Positions 14,291-27,650 of a stretch of 64,000 nt of DNA are shown piece by piece. Position 1 is the stretch's first letter; each line of letters opens with the position of its first letter. The notes beneath the pieces were generated by a model. It saw only the letters and a program-made list of their open reading frames with translations, searched no databases and had not been told where the DNA came from. This DNA is from Phoronis australis (lineage: Eukaryota; Animalia; Phoronida): contig NMRA01000129.1 of the NCBI GenBank assembly GCA_002633005.1, forward strand, positions 152,133-216,132, read 5' to 3'. The position numbers and the translations under genes are program-made.

Positions 14291-17200
14291 TTTTTTGCAT
14301 TTGAGTACAGAGTGAACTAAGCGAAGATGTCTTACTATTCCAAATCAAATTTTACAAAACATCCGTAACGCAGCTTTGTTGTACAATAATGTTTAGAACA
14401 TGTGTCGTAAAACTTAGTACCTAAAAAGTGAATAGAAAAGCTCTGAATCAGTTTTTCCAGAAAAAAAACAGAATGTTCCGGTGGTTGTAAGGAGCTGATT
14501 TACGCTCAGAATGTTATTAGAATGAACACAGAATCGTATGTGAAACTATCCTGAACGAATAAGGAACTGTACAAAACCTTTCCTTTACGAATCGTTTTAG
14601 TGTTTAAAAAGGCGTCTTTAATTTGGGCTGACTTGAGGCATTTCTACATTTCATTTGATCAACCGCCAAATTCTCTCTACACTTACCAAGTACACCTGTA
14701 CTGAGCCGAGCTATATATACCCATATATTTGTAGATGTATACATATATCTCGAAAATGACACTTCTGGTTCAGCATTCATACCATTATTAGGCGGCCGAT
14801 AGAAGTGCTACTCACGAGCCAGTCAGGATTATTAGTGTCCTCGAACTCAGTATTAATATATGAGCGAGAACGGGCAGGCTAACCAGGGAATGTGGTCTCG
14901 TGTATCATCTATTAAATTATGTATTGATAACCGGCGTGCACTATGCAGGCTTCAGGTAGGTTTTGATATAACCTGACTGTTCACGCACGAACAGCATATA
15001 CGTCAAAAGGCTATAAGCAGTACGTGCGTGTACAAGTTTCACGTTGAAAATATGTTACTTCCGTAGTCACTAAACGCAAGGCAAGTAGGTCTATTTTTGT
15101 TATTTCTGTGTACATTAGCCTGACCAGTGTCTTGTGATTTTCAGCGTCGAAGAATTGCATTCCATATTTAATTAACGATATTCATCTCGTTTCTGTTGTA
15201 TACTTCAATGATGATGATACTAATCTTTCAACTCTTTGTCCTGCTCGTCTGCAGTGGTCGGTGTGTTTCCGTGTCGTGCCTTGCTATTTATCCATCACCC
15301 ACGATCAAAGATGTGCCGCCACGTTAGACATTACATTTGTTGCCACTGGACGAAAACGATGCCTCGTAAATAAACATAAAAGCACCTCTGGGTGATTCTC
15401 GACTACATTTTGACAGCGAAATTAGAGTTAACGCGATGAAAAGGGGACCATTAGTGGTGAGCGTCTATCCAAAAAGGCACTCGTTTTGTTAAGATTTAGT
15501 CTTATAACACTATCAGTTTGCAAGTCTACAAAAAGTTAACTTATTGGATTAAAGCCAGTCATTTGAACTGTAAACGTTTTAACCCAGCACACTTTAATTA
15601 AATAGAGCGCGCAATCCTTCTGTAGAGGACTATAGAGTTCTGTTGCAAAAACGAACTCTTCCATAGAAATCTAATCATAGAATGGTCCTTTTCTTACGGA
15701 GTTCATTCGGAGCACCCTAGGAACTCAGTGGCCGAGAGAAAAATCAAACGTGGGCACCAGATCTTGCGCATGAATAGTGCGTGTCATGTTGCCAACTATG
15801 TAAGTACCCCGGCCCCTCACCATCTAGTCCCAGTAGGGCTCAAACCACCCCTCCCCGTACCCAACAGTCATTTTCTGTTTCGGCTATCTCTGGTCCATAT
15901 TAGATCATTTATGGAGTTTCGTCTTGACTGCGGAACCTTGTGAGTGAGAGATTCTTCAGGGTGAATGTGGCTCTAACGTTAATGTACGTTAATGAGATCG
16001 AGCTCGGCAAGTTTGTTAAATTTTATTACAAAACGTTACAGAGCTGTTTCATGTTTCATTATTAATTTTGCTGTGTTCAAATTTAGAATTCAGTCCTAAC
16101 AGTTGTTTATTCAATTATGTTTCAAACAATAATCATTCTGAAGGACAATTAAACGTCAATCCCTTCGAGTTTCTCTAAAATGGCGAATTTTTATGATGCC
16201 GACTGTAGATCTGTATCCAAATTTCCCACCGCCACACTGCCAAAAATGTAATCGAAAACATTGGAGATAGATGGCCATAATCTACTACTGTTCTGTTCTT
16301 CATCGGATTAAAGACACATGTCTAAACGGACCGAAACCTGGTAATATGCCGCCTAATAACATGCGTTATTTACCTAACCACGGTATTTGTTTGCCGCGCT
16401 CGGGCTGGACGTAATCGAGAATTTACGATTTCAAGAGAAAGGGGATAATTATTGGGACCACCCTCTGATAGTACAACTGGCCAACTGTTCTTGATGTTGT
16501 GTGAAAATTTTGATACGTGCCGTGCAATAGTTTTCCTCGGCAGCAGGAAAATCATCACGGGGTCGAGATATGAATCCGTGACTTCGCATTGCCGTCGAAA
16601 CTGATATCAGTGAGTTTAAGGTGTATGACCGAAGATATAAAGAGTGGCTCAGTCATCTCTGTTTCCAGAGGTGAAAGGAAAGCTGAAATTCGCGGAGATA
16701 TATAAAGTTCACACACTGTGAAATTGAAATTAAAATGGTACAAAATATGGATTGCTAGAATCACATAATTACAGCAAATATACGTGTAAGTGCATAATCT
16801 CCGGAACTATGCGCCGAAAAATGCGCTCTTCCGCATTTTTGACAGCAAGGAAATCTAGAAAATAATTTTTGTGAGCTGTTTGTCCGTCTAAACGCAGTTG
16901 AAGTTGCAAACCTACTGATTTTATTACTGAAATTATTTTTGTAAAGTTTGCCAAGAAATAAAATTTTATTCTCTAAGAAGTTTGCATTTGCCTGAGCAAG
17001 TTTGCTTAGTCAAAGGTGCATTTCACCGCTGTTTAGGTGCTAATGATATTTTCTTAAGCTATTACCACGTTCATGCGATTGTTACTTACTAGTCGCTAGC
17101 AATGAGTAGATGCGCAATTAACGAATTCGCAATTTTAAGATTGAACTAAATCTTAAAACGTTTTTGAGTGGATGATGGATATTCCACGTTCTTGTTGGTA

Positions 17201-20200
17201 ATGGAAATCTAGTCCTGTCACGGTATGGACTATCATGAGACCGATTTTTTATCTTAACTGGCTTAATTTGATTTTCAGCACGTGTTGTAAATTTTTAAAT
17301 GGCGGACATGTGCTTTCATCGAAATGGTGTATTTTCTACGAACATTTAAAATTGCCTGGACTTACACTCAATATTCGAAAGAATATACATGTAAGCCCGC
17401 AGAGACATGACCTTGTTAGCGGAAATCCGTAGTACGCGTATTGTAGCAAAACGAAACGGACAAAGTTCTCGGGTGAACTGGATTCGACAGACAACAGAAT
17501 TGATACTGGACAAGCTGGATTTTTTTACAAAATCATCCATTTCAGCCTGGCACAGTGGGAATTTGTGACCTACGAATTTTGTTTACATCGATAGCTATCT
17601 CTTTACCTGAAAGTGAAATAAAGGTAAAAGACAGTGTAATTGCCAAATCTCTAAAAATCAAGCACTAGAATCGAAAGACCAGTAAAGAGCATTTCATTGA
17701 TATATAAATTCTTAAATAAAATGTTTATGAAACACCTTGATTGAAAGCTAAGAAAATGTTTTTTGGAAACAGTTGTAGGGAACACAAATATTTTGGAAAA
17801 ATGGAAAAATTATTTGATATTTTTCTCAAAGTTTCAGACATTTTGAATTGACTTGAGCCATAACGAAATTTCCACATTCATGTTTAAAGCAAACATGGAC
17901 AATGACCGATATTACTTCAAGCTAAACTACTTGTGCAACAAAAGATCTTCGGGCAAAACCCGTACGTGGTCGCTTTTGCTTGAATTTCTCGTGAGAACTC
18001 TCGATATCTCACATCAAAAATTCGTCCACTATGGTCTTTTGAAAGGGTCACAATTTTAGTGCTGTCTAGTTTGTAGCGCACCTGGTAATTTACTGCCTTG
18101 TACTTTTTAGATTTTGGGCAATGGCCATATGTATATAGTGTATATTCCAATAAATATAAAAAACGAGAATACCAGAAACAAATTTGCAGTTGGTGTCACT
18201 TGTAAGTGTAAGATTAACATTTCTGGACAAGTGGAGTGTGAAGAACTTCTTTTGAAAAATCTAGCTAAAGATGCAAGCCGTGCTACAAAAAAAAATCTAA
18301 TTCCAAAGGACAGCGTGCTTCACAGTAACACTGAACAGTCTAGAGCAAAAGCAAAGGCGTTACATTGAACGTTTGTGCTGAATGTGAGTACACGCAATCG
18401 TGGCAACCTTTTAGTGGATTTTAAAAATTACCCTGCTGGCACTTGCTATTATGGCACACATATGATAAAGCCAAATGTATTTGATTTCCTATATTTAATT
18501 AATTATGATGTGTGCCTTTTAAGCAGCTTTTGTGCCGTTTAAGAAGCAGCTGGTAGGTTCATTTGAATTAGTAGCCAAGAAATTTCAAAATGGTGCTACA
18601 GGTTATTTATACCAGCCACAAGTCTGCTTTTTGAAAGTTTTAGTAAATTTTTATGCATTAACCGTACGCCATTTTTTCATTTGTGTTCACGAGTAGTGCC
18701 TTGCTGACCACTTTGTGATTTAAAAAATATTCCACTGGTTATAGTACATCTTTTGTTAAAGCAAAGAGGATTTGCTTTAGGCAGCTCTTAAACAATTCTG
18801 AATAATTCAAAAATTCTTTAAACTTTCGCAGCAGTGTGCGGGTTTGCGCTTAACTGTTGCTCGGCTGGCTACCACGACAATGACATACAATCAAGTTTGG
18901 TTTCTAGTGAAGGTCTCTAGCACTGCTTTTAACATGGTAACCTATTTGTAGCATGGCTGACATCAAGCCTAAAATTGGTGATCTTCAGCGTAAAAATGCC
19001 TGGTTGCCATGGTAACGACACCCATTTCAGCTTATTATTGAGGAGACAATAATTTTCACGATTCGTACTTGAAAACTTTCAAGGCCTCAGGAACGCGCTG
19101 CTGGCGAATTTAAATCCCTAAGGGCAACTGATGAAGTCTCCAGCTTTGATTTCAGCAAATGTCTGGTACATAAAGTGCGTGTTTGCTGCTTTACATGACT
19201 GCCATCAAACCTAAAATTGATGATTTTGACCGACTGACTACGTTCACGTAACCCAATTAATGATAGTTTGGCATTAGCAAAAAATTGCGGGCGTTCAGAA
19301 ACTATTTCCTTTTCTAAAGTTTAATTTTATAATATTGGAGATATTTGAGCTAAATGCACTGATTTCAGGTCCCGCTTACTACCAATCTTATAATTTTCTA
19401 ACAGTGCCACCTGGTGGTATGACGTCTCCGTATGACGTGTCCACAAAAGATTGTATCGTCGATCCACAGGCTTTGTGTAAGATAAGGGGTTGTCAAAGAT
19501 TTTAATCTTAAAAGGTGTGCAGCTTGGAAATTGAATATTTGGTCTAACTGAACAATATTTCAGTATTCTGGTAGCGTCCGAAAATGGACACGTTTTTTTA
19601 ACGCAGACGATGCCTCGTACTCTAGTTACAAAGACCGAACACTTGATTTACGTGTCTTTTTGTACCGTAGCGTGATTTTGTTTTAGCTCAGATATATCAA
19701 GCGGACTATCTGAAATTTTGGAAGTAAGCGCTGCCAATGTAGAGCTTGTGATTTACCTGTTTTACTGAGACTTAATCAACGAGGTCTCAGGTTGAGAGGC
19801 AACTGGGTCAAACTACATGTGCATTGTAAAAATACGTCGAATACAAAATGATTTTGTCGTAGTCACTTTCTCAATGCCCTGCAAGCATTATCTCTGCGTC
19901 TGAGATACACCATCTTGGACAAATTGCAATTGATGAGCAATGATTTGCATGAAGCCTGTCTGTAGTGCCAAGGTCATGGAAATATCAACATGTTTGATCG
20001 CTGATATCGACCGCGGGAATTGAAAGAATACGGCTGTTCCAGCAACTGATGCTGAGCGGAAATACAACGAGGTCTTGTCAGTGAGATGGTTCGTGATAGA
20101 ACACTAAGTGTTTGATATGAGCTATATGCACTATATATCTCGGTAATAAAAGCAACTAAGTGAATTCTTTTGTGAGGGCCTACTAAAATATTTTTGCTTC

Positions 20201-20612
20201 TCAGTTGGGGGATAGGGCAAAAATTATTCGCCTTGGGTTATTGTTTGTTGCATACATAAATATGTATGAATGTAAGCTTGTACTGATCTCATTCTGTCGA
20301 GCCAGATGTTTAGTTTTGTTGATAGTAATGCAGCTAAAAATTAGGGGGAAACTACTACCTCCCCTCCATCGCCATTATTTTCGCACCCATCATACAGTTG
20401 CTCCCAGTCCCGTCTGACATTTTGCTCCACCTCTTCCTCGTGTCCCGCCCAGGTTTCATCCGTGACACTTCAAATTATTGCGGTTCACGGGCCCTCGCGT
20501 TCATTCACTGCTTATTACGACCGACAGAATTGCACAATATTGTACGTTAACGGAATGTGTTACGTGCACTTTGTATGATATGCGATAAAACTTCCTGATT
20601 CGTTCTTTATGG

Positions 20613-21159
20613 TTAAAACGCCTGGACCGCGATATCAGAAATAAAGAGAATAAATTGCAATATTTAAAGTGGTTCTCTGCCACTGAAACAGAATTCAACC
20701 TGGTCACAAGGTTTTAGGGTTTGTGGGTAAAGATTTTTAATTTCTGTTGAAATCAAAGCATTTTCTGTTAGTTTCAAATTTCAAGAAAAACGATCTGTCA
20801 ACTGCTCGCCACTTCGTCGATTTTTCTCCCAAAAGGCAAAGCACGTTTGCTTATTTGATATGGCAAGACATGGACGCAACACATTTCCCTTATATGGAAA
20901 ATGTGACCTTTGACCTTGAGCGACTTCAAACAACTGACTGTGAGCGCATGCACGCGTTTATTATAAGTGAGAGGTAGATTAGAAACTCCGCTAACCACAA
21001 AGTATTTCCTTTGCACGTATTTCAAAAATCGTGAATTTTGTGACCTTTTCTGGAAATTTCTTCACAGAAGAAAGTGAATTAGTCTGTACTAGACGTTGCA
21101 AGATGGAACTTTCGTTTAAGAGATATTTTGACGAGCTTTCGCGTTCCGTGCCTCTTTAA
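20613..21159 (+). mobile_element. TTAA-flanked non-autonomous DNA transposon (Kolobok-like), family B copy 1
   Basis: Imperfect TIRs ttaa-aacgcctggaccgcga ... tcgcgttccgtgcctct-ttaa. The body (aggcaaagc...ttatttg.tatggcaagaca...tttccct...tggaaaat.tga.ctttgacct) is shared with 45524-45992 and 56270-56535. Confidence 0.75.
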
Positions 21160-24100
21160 GAGGCAGCGCACGCTATGTTACGTAAGCCCTATTACAGGCA
21201 TGGTTTGCTGTCCACAGTCACACAGATGTTACTTGAACTTTGTTATCTTGTCAGAGAGCTGAAGAACTATTGATTTCAGATTTGGTTCTGAAGTCGCCAG
21301 TAAACACTGACGGGAGCATTTGAGTTTGATGTAACCACAATTCATATGAGGATTCTGGCGGAAGGTCGATTAACATTTTAGGTGGGTGGTTTCACGGACT
21401 TCCCTGGCAATTGCACTCCCCGGGGACATTCCGCCATGTGTTCATACATTAAGTATACAATCCCTATATCAAAGCAAATGGCTCTGGCCTAACTCATATG
21501 CGTGTTTGCTTGAGATTCTATAAGAGTGTTACAGTAAAGGTAAGGAATCTTTGTTACTTCGCCCTGCAACGATAGTGTCCTGCGGGAAACGTTTACTTAT
21601 ATGAAAGAGGGAAAACGCTAGACACGGAGGAATCGTATAAAATATCCATAATACATTTCCCAAGGGCGAACACTACAGCTATTCGACCGAAATCCATCAC
21701 TTCTAACATCTCTTATTTCTACATTGAGAATCATTTGCAGATTTACGGTCTCTCCGGGGATCTCCCGTGCCATTAATCTGTAAACAGAGATCATTATGCA
21801 ATTAAATGGGGTATGTATAACTGATAATTAGAAATATTCCGTCATCTCACGCGCATTGTTTTTTTGATGAAAGTGGAATTGATTTAACCTAAAAAGTTTA
21901 TCCACAGTTGTAACGGGGTAAACTAGAATGTCCAGAATCGTCAGTGTAGGTGAGTCAGTCGGTCATAGTCGACATTGGCGAATTCTGCAGGGGTGTGTAG
22001 ACTCAAGGAACCTGAGAAAACCCAAGATCACTTAAAATCACACTAAGTCACGCCTGGCTTCCAGCACTGGCCCGATTGAAGTGATTTATCTTCATTCACG
22101 GTGTTGCGTCTGCGAAATGTAACCCCCCAAAAATGTACCCCAGAAGTTCAAAGCAGGTCCGCGTCATGATGTTTTTCGACAGAAGAGAGGGATGCGCTCC
22201 ACGCTCTCAATCACTCCTACTGGCAATAAATAGCGTGATCAAGAAATCCCGCACTGCGTTGCCAGTCTACGGTATTCACCCACAAACATGATGCTGGTCG
22301 TCAGTAGGGCAGTTAGTGTCCCCCAGTTGTGCATGCGCGCTGACAACTATTTTACCGCGTCATTCTAATGCTGGATTTACTATTTATTTATTCACTCACT
22401 CATTCAAGTCTTTCTAACAGGAAAACTACACACAACTGACTGCATAGGGCACTACATCGGCACTTATTCTCCGATGAATTCATCATTCGCGTTCGAAGCT
22501 CGTTTCTAATTCTTAGTCCATGTTGTCACGTCACTCTTTGAAAAATGTTTTGTCACTGACAAACTGCGGATAATGATGACAGAAATAAATCATCTCAACA
22601 ACGCACGCCATGTATTTTTATGACTAAGAAAAGAATTTTACGATGAACCCTCCAGAATACGTCTGGGTGTTGAATTGTTTGTACAATTCTCAATTTCTAT
22701 AATCGACAAAGTAATGATAGTAAGATCATTTACATGTCGCGTATTCACGAGTTTTGCTAATAAAACCATCAAAATCATAGTAAAAGTAAATATCTCATTG
22801 GCTGTAACTAAGCTGTCATAATACTTCAGATCGATAGAAACACAAAAATAGCTAAATAAATCAAATTGTTTCCAAGTACAAGGAAAAGCGGTTCATTGTT
22901 AACATTTGCAAGACAGTTTACACGTTTACTCTTCACCTGTGTTAAACCACAAACAAAGCTCAATTATCACATACATTTTGTGTGTAAGCGATACTTGTTT
23001 AATAATGACAATTGGGTATTTGAAATAACTAAAAAATATCACGAACACGGTGTTTTAAACCAACCCAACCCTGTCTGACAAACTATCAGTTATTTCATTG
23101 TGGAATTCGTAGTCGCTGTGCGTCATTTAACGTAGTAGTTGTATCCCCGCTTATACCAAAACTTGGCGAAACTGCTCCAGATGCCGCTTAGCCCTGATAC
23201 ATGTAAAATAAGTGTTAGTGTGAACCCAAGTTGTCCCAGAACAATTTGACAGCGAGGAAGCTTGTAGTCTAACACCCTTTCGCTTCCCTGCCTGTTTACT
23301 TTCAACTTAGTAGCGTACTCACACCCTCATCACCGGGTGCGTGAGCGTAGAATAAGCTAGTGGCCGGTAAGGTTCTAGATAATGGACAGTTTCGACAAAC
23401 GAAATTAGGCCACGTCCACCATATTTAACGTACGTTACGAAGTCCCACAAGCGCCAACGTAAATTGAACTGAAGTAATACAGCAACTGACTCCTTTCGAT
23501 GTGTTCTCAATGATACTTCACTGTAACTGTTACCTCTGTAAAAGGACTCAACGACCCCGCCCTGATCTCAGTGTCCAGCCTGCACGGGCATTTACTCAAT
23601 AATAATGATGAGCTCGCACGGTGACAATTGAGATAAATCCCTCTCACAATTACAAGAGCCGGTTTTGGAAAATAACTGTTGCATACAGCTGCATGTTCAC
23701 AATCTGAAGTTTATTAGTCTATTCAAAGACCACTTAGCCATTCTCATCAACTGATGAGCTTCATTCAGATGAGAGATCAATTTGAACAGTTACTAGCAAG
23801 GTGTCGTGGTTTTCGTAAATCACGTGTGCTGTCACTCACACATGTTCCACGACGTATTTGATTGTTCGCCTACCAGTAAAGAAAATGAAATATCTGCGAC
23901 AGGCTAGGAACGCGATTGATTTCATTTCTCTTTCAGTTGCGCTAGTTTATTCTGAAGTACCTTTCGCGGGCGCAAGGTTTTTTCCTTCAACTGATCGTAA
24001 GGTGTGTCGTTTGTTTATACATCCGGGACTTTTTCTTGTCTGTCCTGAGGCGTTGACTTGGCTCATCTGTCTGCTGCGCACTGATGGGCCAAGATGGAAG

Positions 24101-24870
24101 ACGATCCTCTTGGTCACACTTCTCCGGACCCTGATTGGCTGGAATTAATATCTTGATTGACACTTCGGAGCTATCCATTAATCACACCCAGTCTTTTAAT
24201 TGTTTGAGCTGACTATGTCAGCTGGGCCCATTATAATTTAGTTACTACGTGATATTAAAGTCCCAAGCTTAATTAGACCAAGGCGAAATCGTAAACTTCA
24301 AACTGGAATAAATGGAATTTGTGACGATGAATCTTCTTGTTGAAGAAATAAATGTAACCGTTTAGGTTCATGGCTTAATCACAAAGGCGAATTTAGGAGG
24401 GATCCTAAGAGACCGCCGGCCGGGCCCACTTCCCAACCCCTACTGGCACGACCAAAAATGTCGCCGGCATGCCGAAAACAGTGGTTACCATTCTCAATAA
24501 CTAGGTACATTGGTTAATCTAAGATGTCGTAAGGGGGTAAGGGTGGATAACGACATCCTAGATACCTCACTGTAGCTCGCCGTATCTTGATCTCACTTTT
24601 CTCGCAAGAATCTTGCTCCACTGAGAACACCTTTGGTTCTGTAATGCGGGAGCGAACCGGAAGCAGCGAAGTATTACACTCGCTTATTGTTATCACTTTC
24701 TCGCAAGTTATGATTCTGGTTACCATGCGCGCGCAGACTCACTTTCTCCTTTCCCAGTGTTCCAAACACCCTGCAATTTAAGCGGAGTGGTAAAATCGCA
24801 GCATTTTTTTCCTAAAAATCACGAAAGTTGCATTTCACAGCTGTTACGTTGAATTCTTAACCGAAGTGCT

Positions 24871-25147
24871 CTGTAGTACGCATCATGAAAATGACTTTAA
24901 ACTTAAGACAGAAATTCGCTCTTACGCTACCACTGACTTCACGAGCGCTGAACACATGTTTGCATTGTAGTTAAGTAATGAGCGTGTCACTGTTTCAAAA
25001 CAATTCATAGAAATTGTCTCGGTTACTAGCTGTTACTTCCCATTTTTGCTCGAATAAGGCTTAAACATTTTGCAGAAATAGTTACGCTGAGAGTGCATGT
25101 ACGACCAAATTTCTGCCTTAAGTCACTTTTCATAAAACGGACCCCTG
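24871..25147. mobile_element. Degenerate PIF/Harbinger-like MITE
   Basis: The right end aaatttctgccttaagtcacttttcataaaacggacccctg is an inverted match to the left catcatgaaaatgactttaaacttaagacagaaatt. Confidence 0.55.
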
Positions 25148-25982
25148 GGGCTTGAACACATTACCACGCTCATCCGGCGTTGCGGCAATTTATGTCTCAG
25201 GCAGTGCGTATACATTCGCCATTTTTCAATTCGCAATTTTAGGATTGCCCAACCCTAGCATGCTCTGGAGCGTTTTCTTGAGTCGCTGTAATGGTCTTCT
25301 TGTTACAGAAATAGAATTCATTCCCGTTAAGGAATATTGCGAGACCGATTTTACGAGAGTAAACGGCTTAATTTGATTCTCGTTTTGTAGCCAGCTAACA
25401 GAGCGATGTACGTCTTGAAGATTTGTTACTGCGTAAAATATCGTTTTTAATTAAACCATCCAAATTGGCTTCCAGGTCAGTTTTATTTAATTCTCTTCTG
25501 ATAAAAGCGTAGGACTATGACCGAAAGAAGAACTTCAATGGGATTCATTAGTGCCTTATGAATTACTAATATAGAGCCCGTGCAAGATTGTTTCAGGTAT
25601 ATATTACAAAATAAATCAATCACATATCCTTGCGGCTACTCAGTGTTATGACAATTCAACTTACGTCCTGAAAATTAAATCAAATTCCTGCTCGGGGGAT
25701 CGACAGAGTTTGCCAAAGAACAATAGTGCCGTTCCGGCATAGTCTAATTGAACATTATTTTTTCATGTCAAATAACATATTATGTAATTATAAAAATGTC
25801 GATCATGCCTTTGGTTTCTGTTGTTATGACGTTAAATAATAGCACACGTGACAACAAATTTTACAATGAAGCAAGAGGCAAACACGAAGGCAACATTAGG
25901 TGTGACTAAACTCGAACGGCAAAATTTGAATTTACTAAAGAAGAATATTCCCGCTCTAGATTATTCACATCAACTAAACATA

Positions 25983-26332
25983 TTAAAAAGGATAGCAAAT
26001 CCGGTTTTGGCCCATTAACAGACCGTAAAAACGACTTTCCCGTCCAGATCTCTGAAACGAAATTATGTTCTGTAATCTTCAATAACCCTCAAAAGTTTGG
26101 AGGAAATTTTGAAAACTCCTACCAAAGACTACTAAACGTGCGAGCGAATTACACGGCAACTGTGGGAAAAGACCACCCACCAAGTACCGTAACGCCCAAT
26201 TTGTGAAATAGGGGGTATGAGTTTTTAGCTGATTCCTTCTTTCATCTTTAAAGGTTGACGCCAGTGATGCATTAGCAGGTGACAGAACAAGGATTGGTTG
26301 AAATCATCAAAACAGGGTTTAGTATCCTTTTT
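25983..26332. mobile_element. TTAA-flanked MITE family A copy 2
   Basis: ttaaaaaggatagcaaatccggttttgg ... ttggttgaaatcatcaaaacagggtttagtatccttt. Internal gcgaattacacg and cccaccaag are shared with 50337-50703. Confidence 0.75.
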
Positions 26333-27583
26333 CAGCAATTCCAACAGCATAACAAAATGGAGCGAGCTAATCGTGATAATGAAGTATTGGCGTGTTTTTG
26401 AAAAGATGAGAACTTGCGCATTCTTATATGAGGTTGTTTGTGCTAAAACAGAATCGAGTCGGTTATCCTGTACTTTTTGTCTCATTTCATGGAAAACGCG
26501 AAGGTCGTCAAAGTAAAATAACAAGAAAAATAACGGTGTAACTTTTTAACAGCAGCAAAAACGCTGAAATTTCAGATACTCAAATTTTTTAATTAATCCG
26601 AATTAAGAAAACCAGTAACCATAGATTAGCCGTAAAAACAGAAAAATGGCATCGTTCAAGGAAATTAATCCGTTTTAAAAAAGATTTCAATCGCTAATTA
26701 TACTTGCAGTGCCATTTCATCCCGGGCAAACTTCCTCTGTTTAGGCGGCTTAAAAAAAAATTCGATGACCCCCATTTTGTTTTGCAGATTTTCAGTGCGC
26801 AAAGACAAAAATACTGCGTATCTTTTTTTAAAAAATCAACGTTAAAAATAACCTGTGTCGAACTCCCTCAATATCATAAAAACGACTATTTCAAAGCATC
26901 TGAAAAACGCCCTTCATATAAACGTGTGATTCGAGATTGTGGCCATTTTATCAGATCGCACCATTTTGGACTGTAGGACGGCAGCGAATGTTTTAAAAAA
27001 CATCACATGAAATTGAGAGCTGTTTCTTGGAATTTCCAGTGCATGCCTGGAATAGATATAACTGATGAGTGTTATTAATTATATGTACCCGCGTAAGACT
27101 ATCATTCGAGCTGATGGATTGTGCTGAAATCCAAAAGCTCTTTGGAAGACGTTGATATTTTGGAACCGATCGATTAACGATTATACTGGATTTGTTCTAC
27201 TTAGGGGACATGCCTACGATTGTCGAATTCCTGCGTATATTAACTTACGCGTGTTTCTACTAATCGTTCGAAAGTATTGATCTAGTTCACGTTCCGATTT
27301 TGGGTTGAACTGCCAGAAACCCAATGACAATAGCTGAAACGTACATGTAGATCACTGGATGATCGTTTTTTGCAGGCGAAAATGAATTTTTTGATTGTCG
27401 CTTAATGAGATAGCCTTTTTGAAGTTATTAGCTTTGACCAGAGCTATAAAGCAATAAAATCTGTCGTTTTTTAATGTTACTTCAAATCGCCCATTCTAGT
27501 CGTAGTCTGCCAGATATTCATTGTTATGAAGGCCGATGCCTTTGCCATTTAAATACTCTTAAAAAGTCTGCTAATGAACGCGT

Positions 27584-27650
27584 GGGACTTAACTATGTGG
27601 TAGAGCGTTCGGCTGGAAATGCGGAGGTAGTGTGTTCAATTGTGCGCTAC
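27584..27650 (+). pseudogene. Degenerate tRNA-like sequence (tRNA pseudogene or SINE head)
   Basis: D-arm-like taactatgtggtagagcg and T-loop-like gtgttcaatt at tRNA spacing. The acceptor and T stems do not pair well. Confidence 0.45.
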
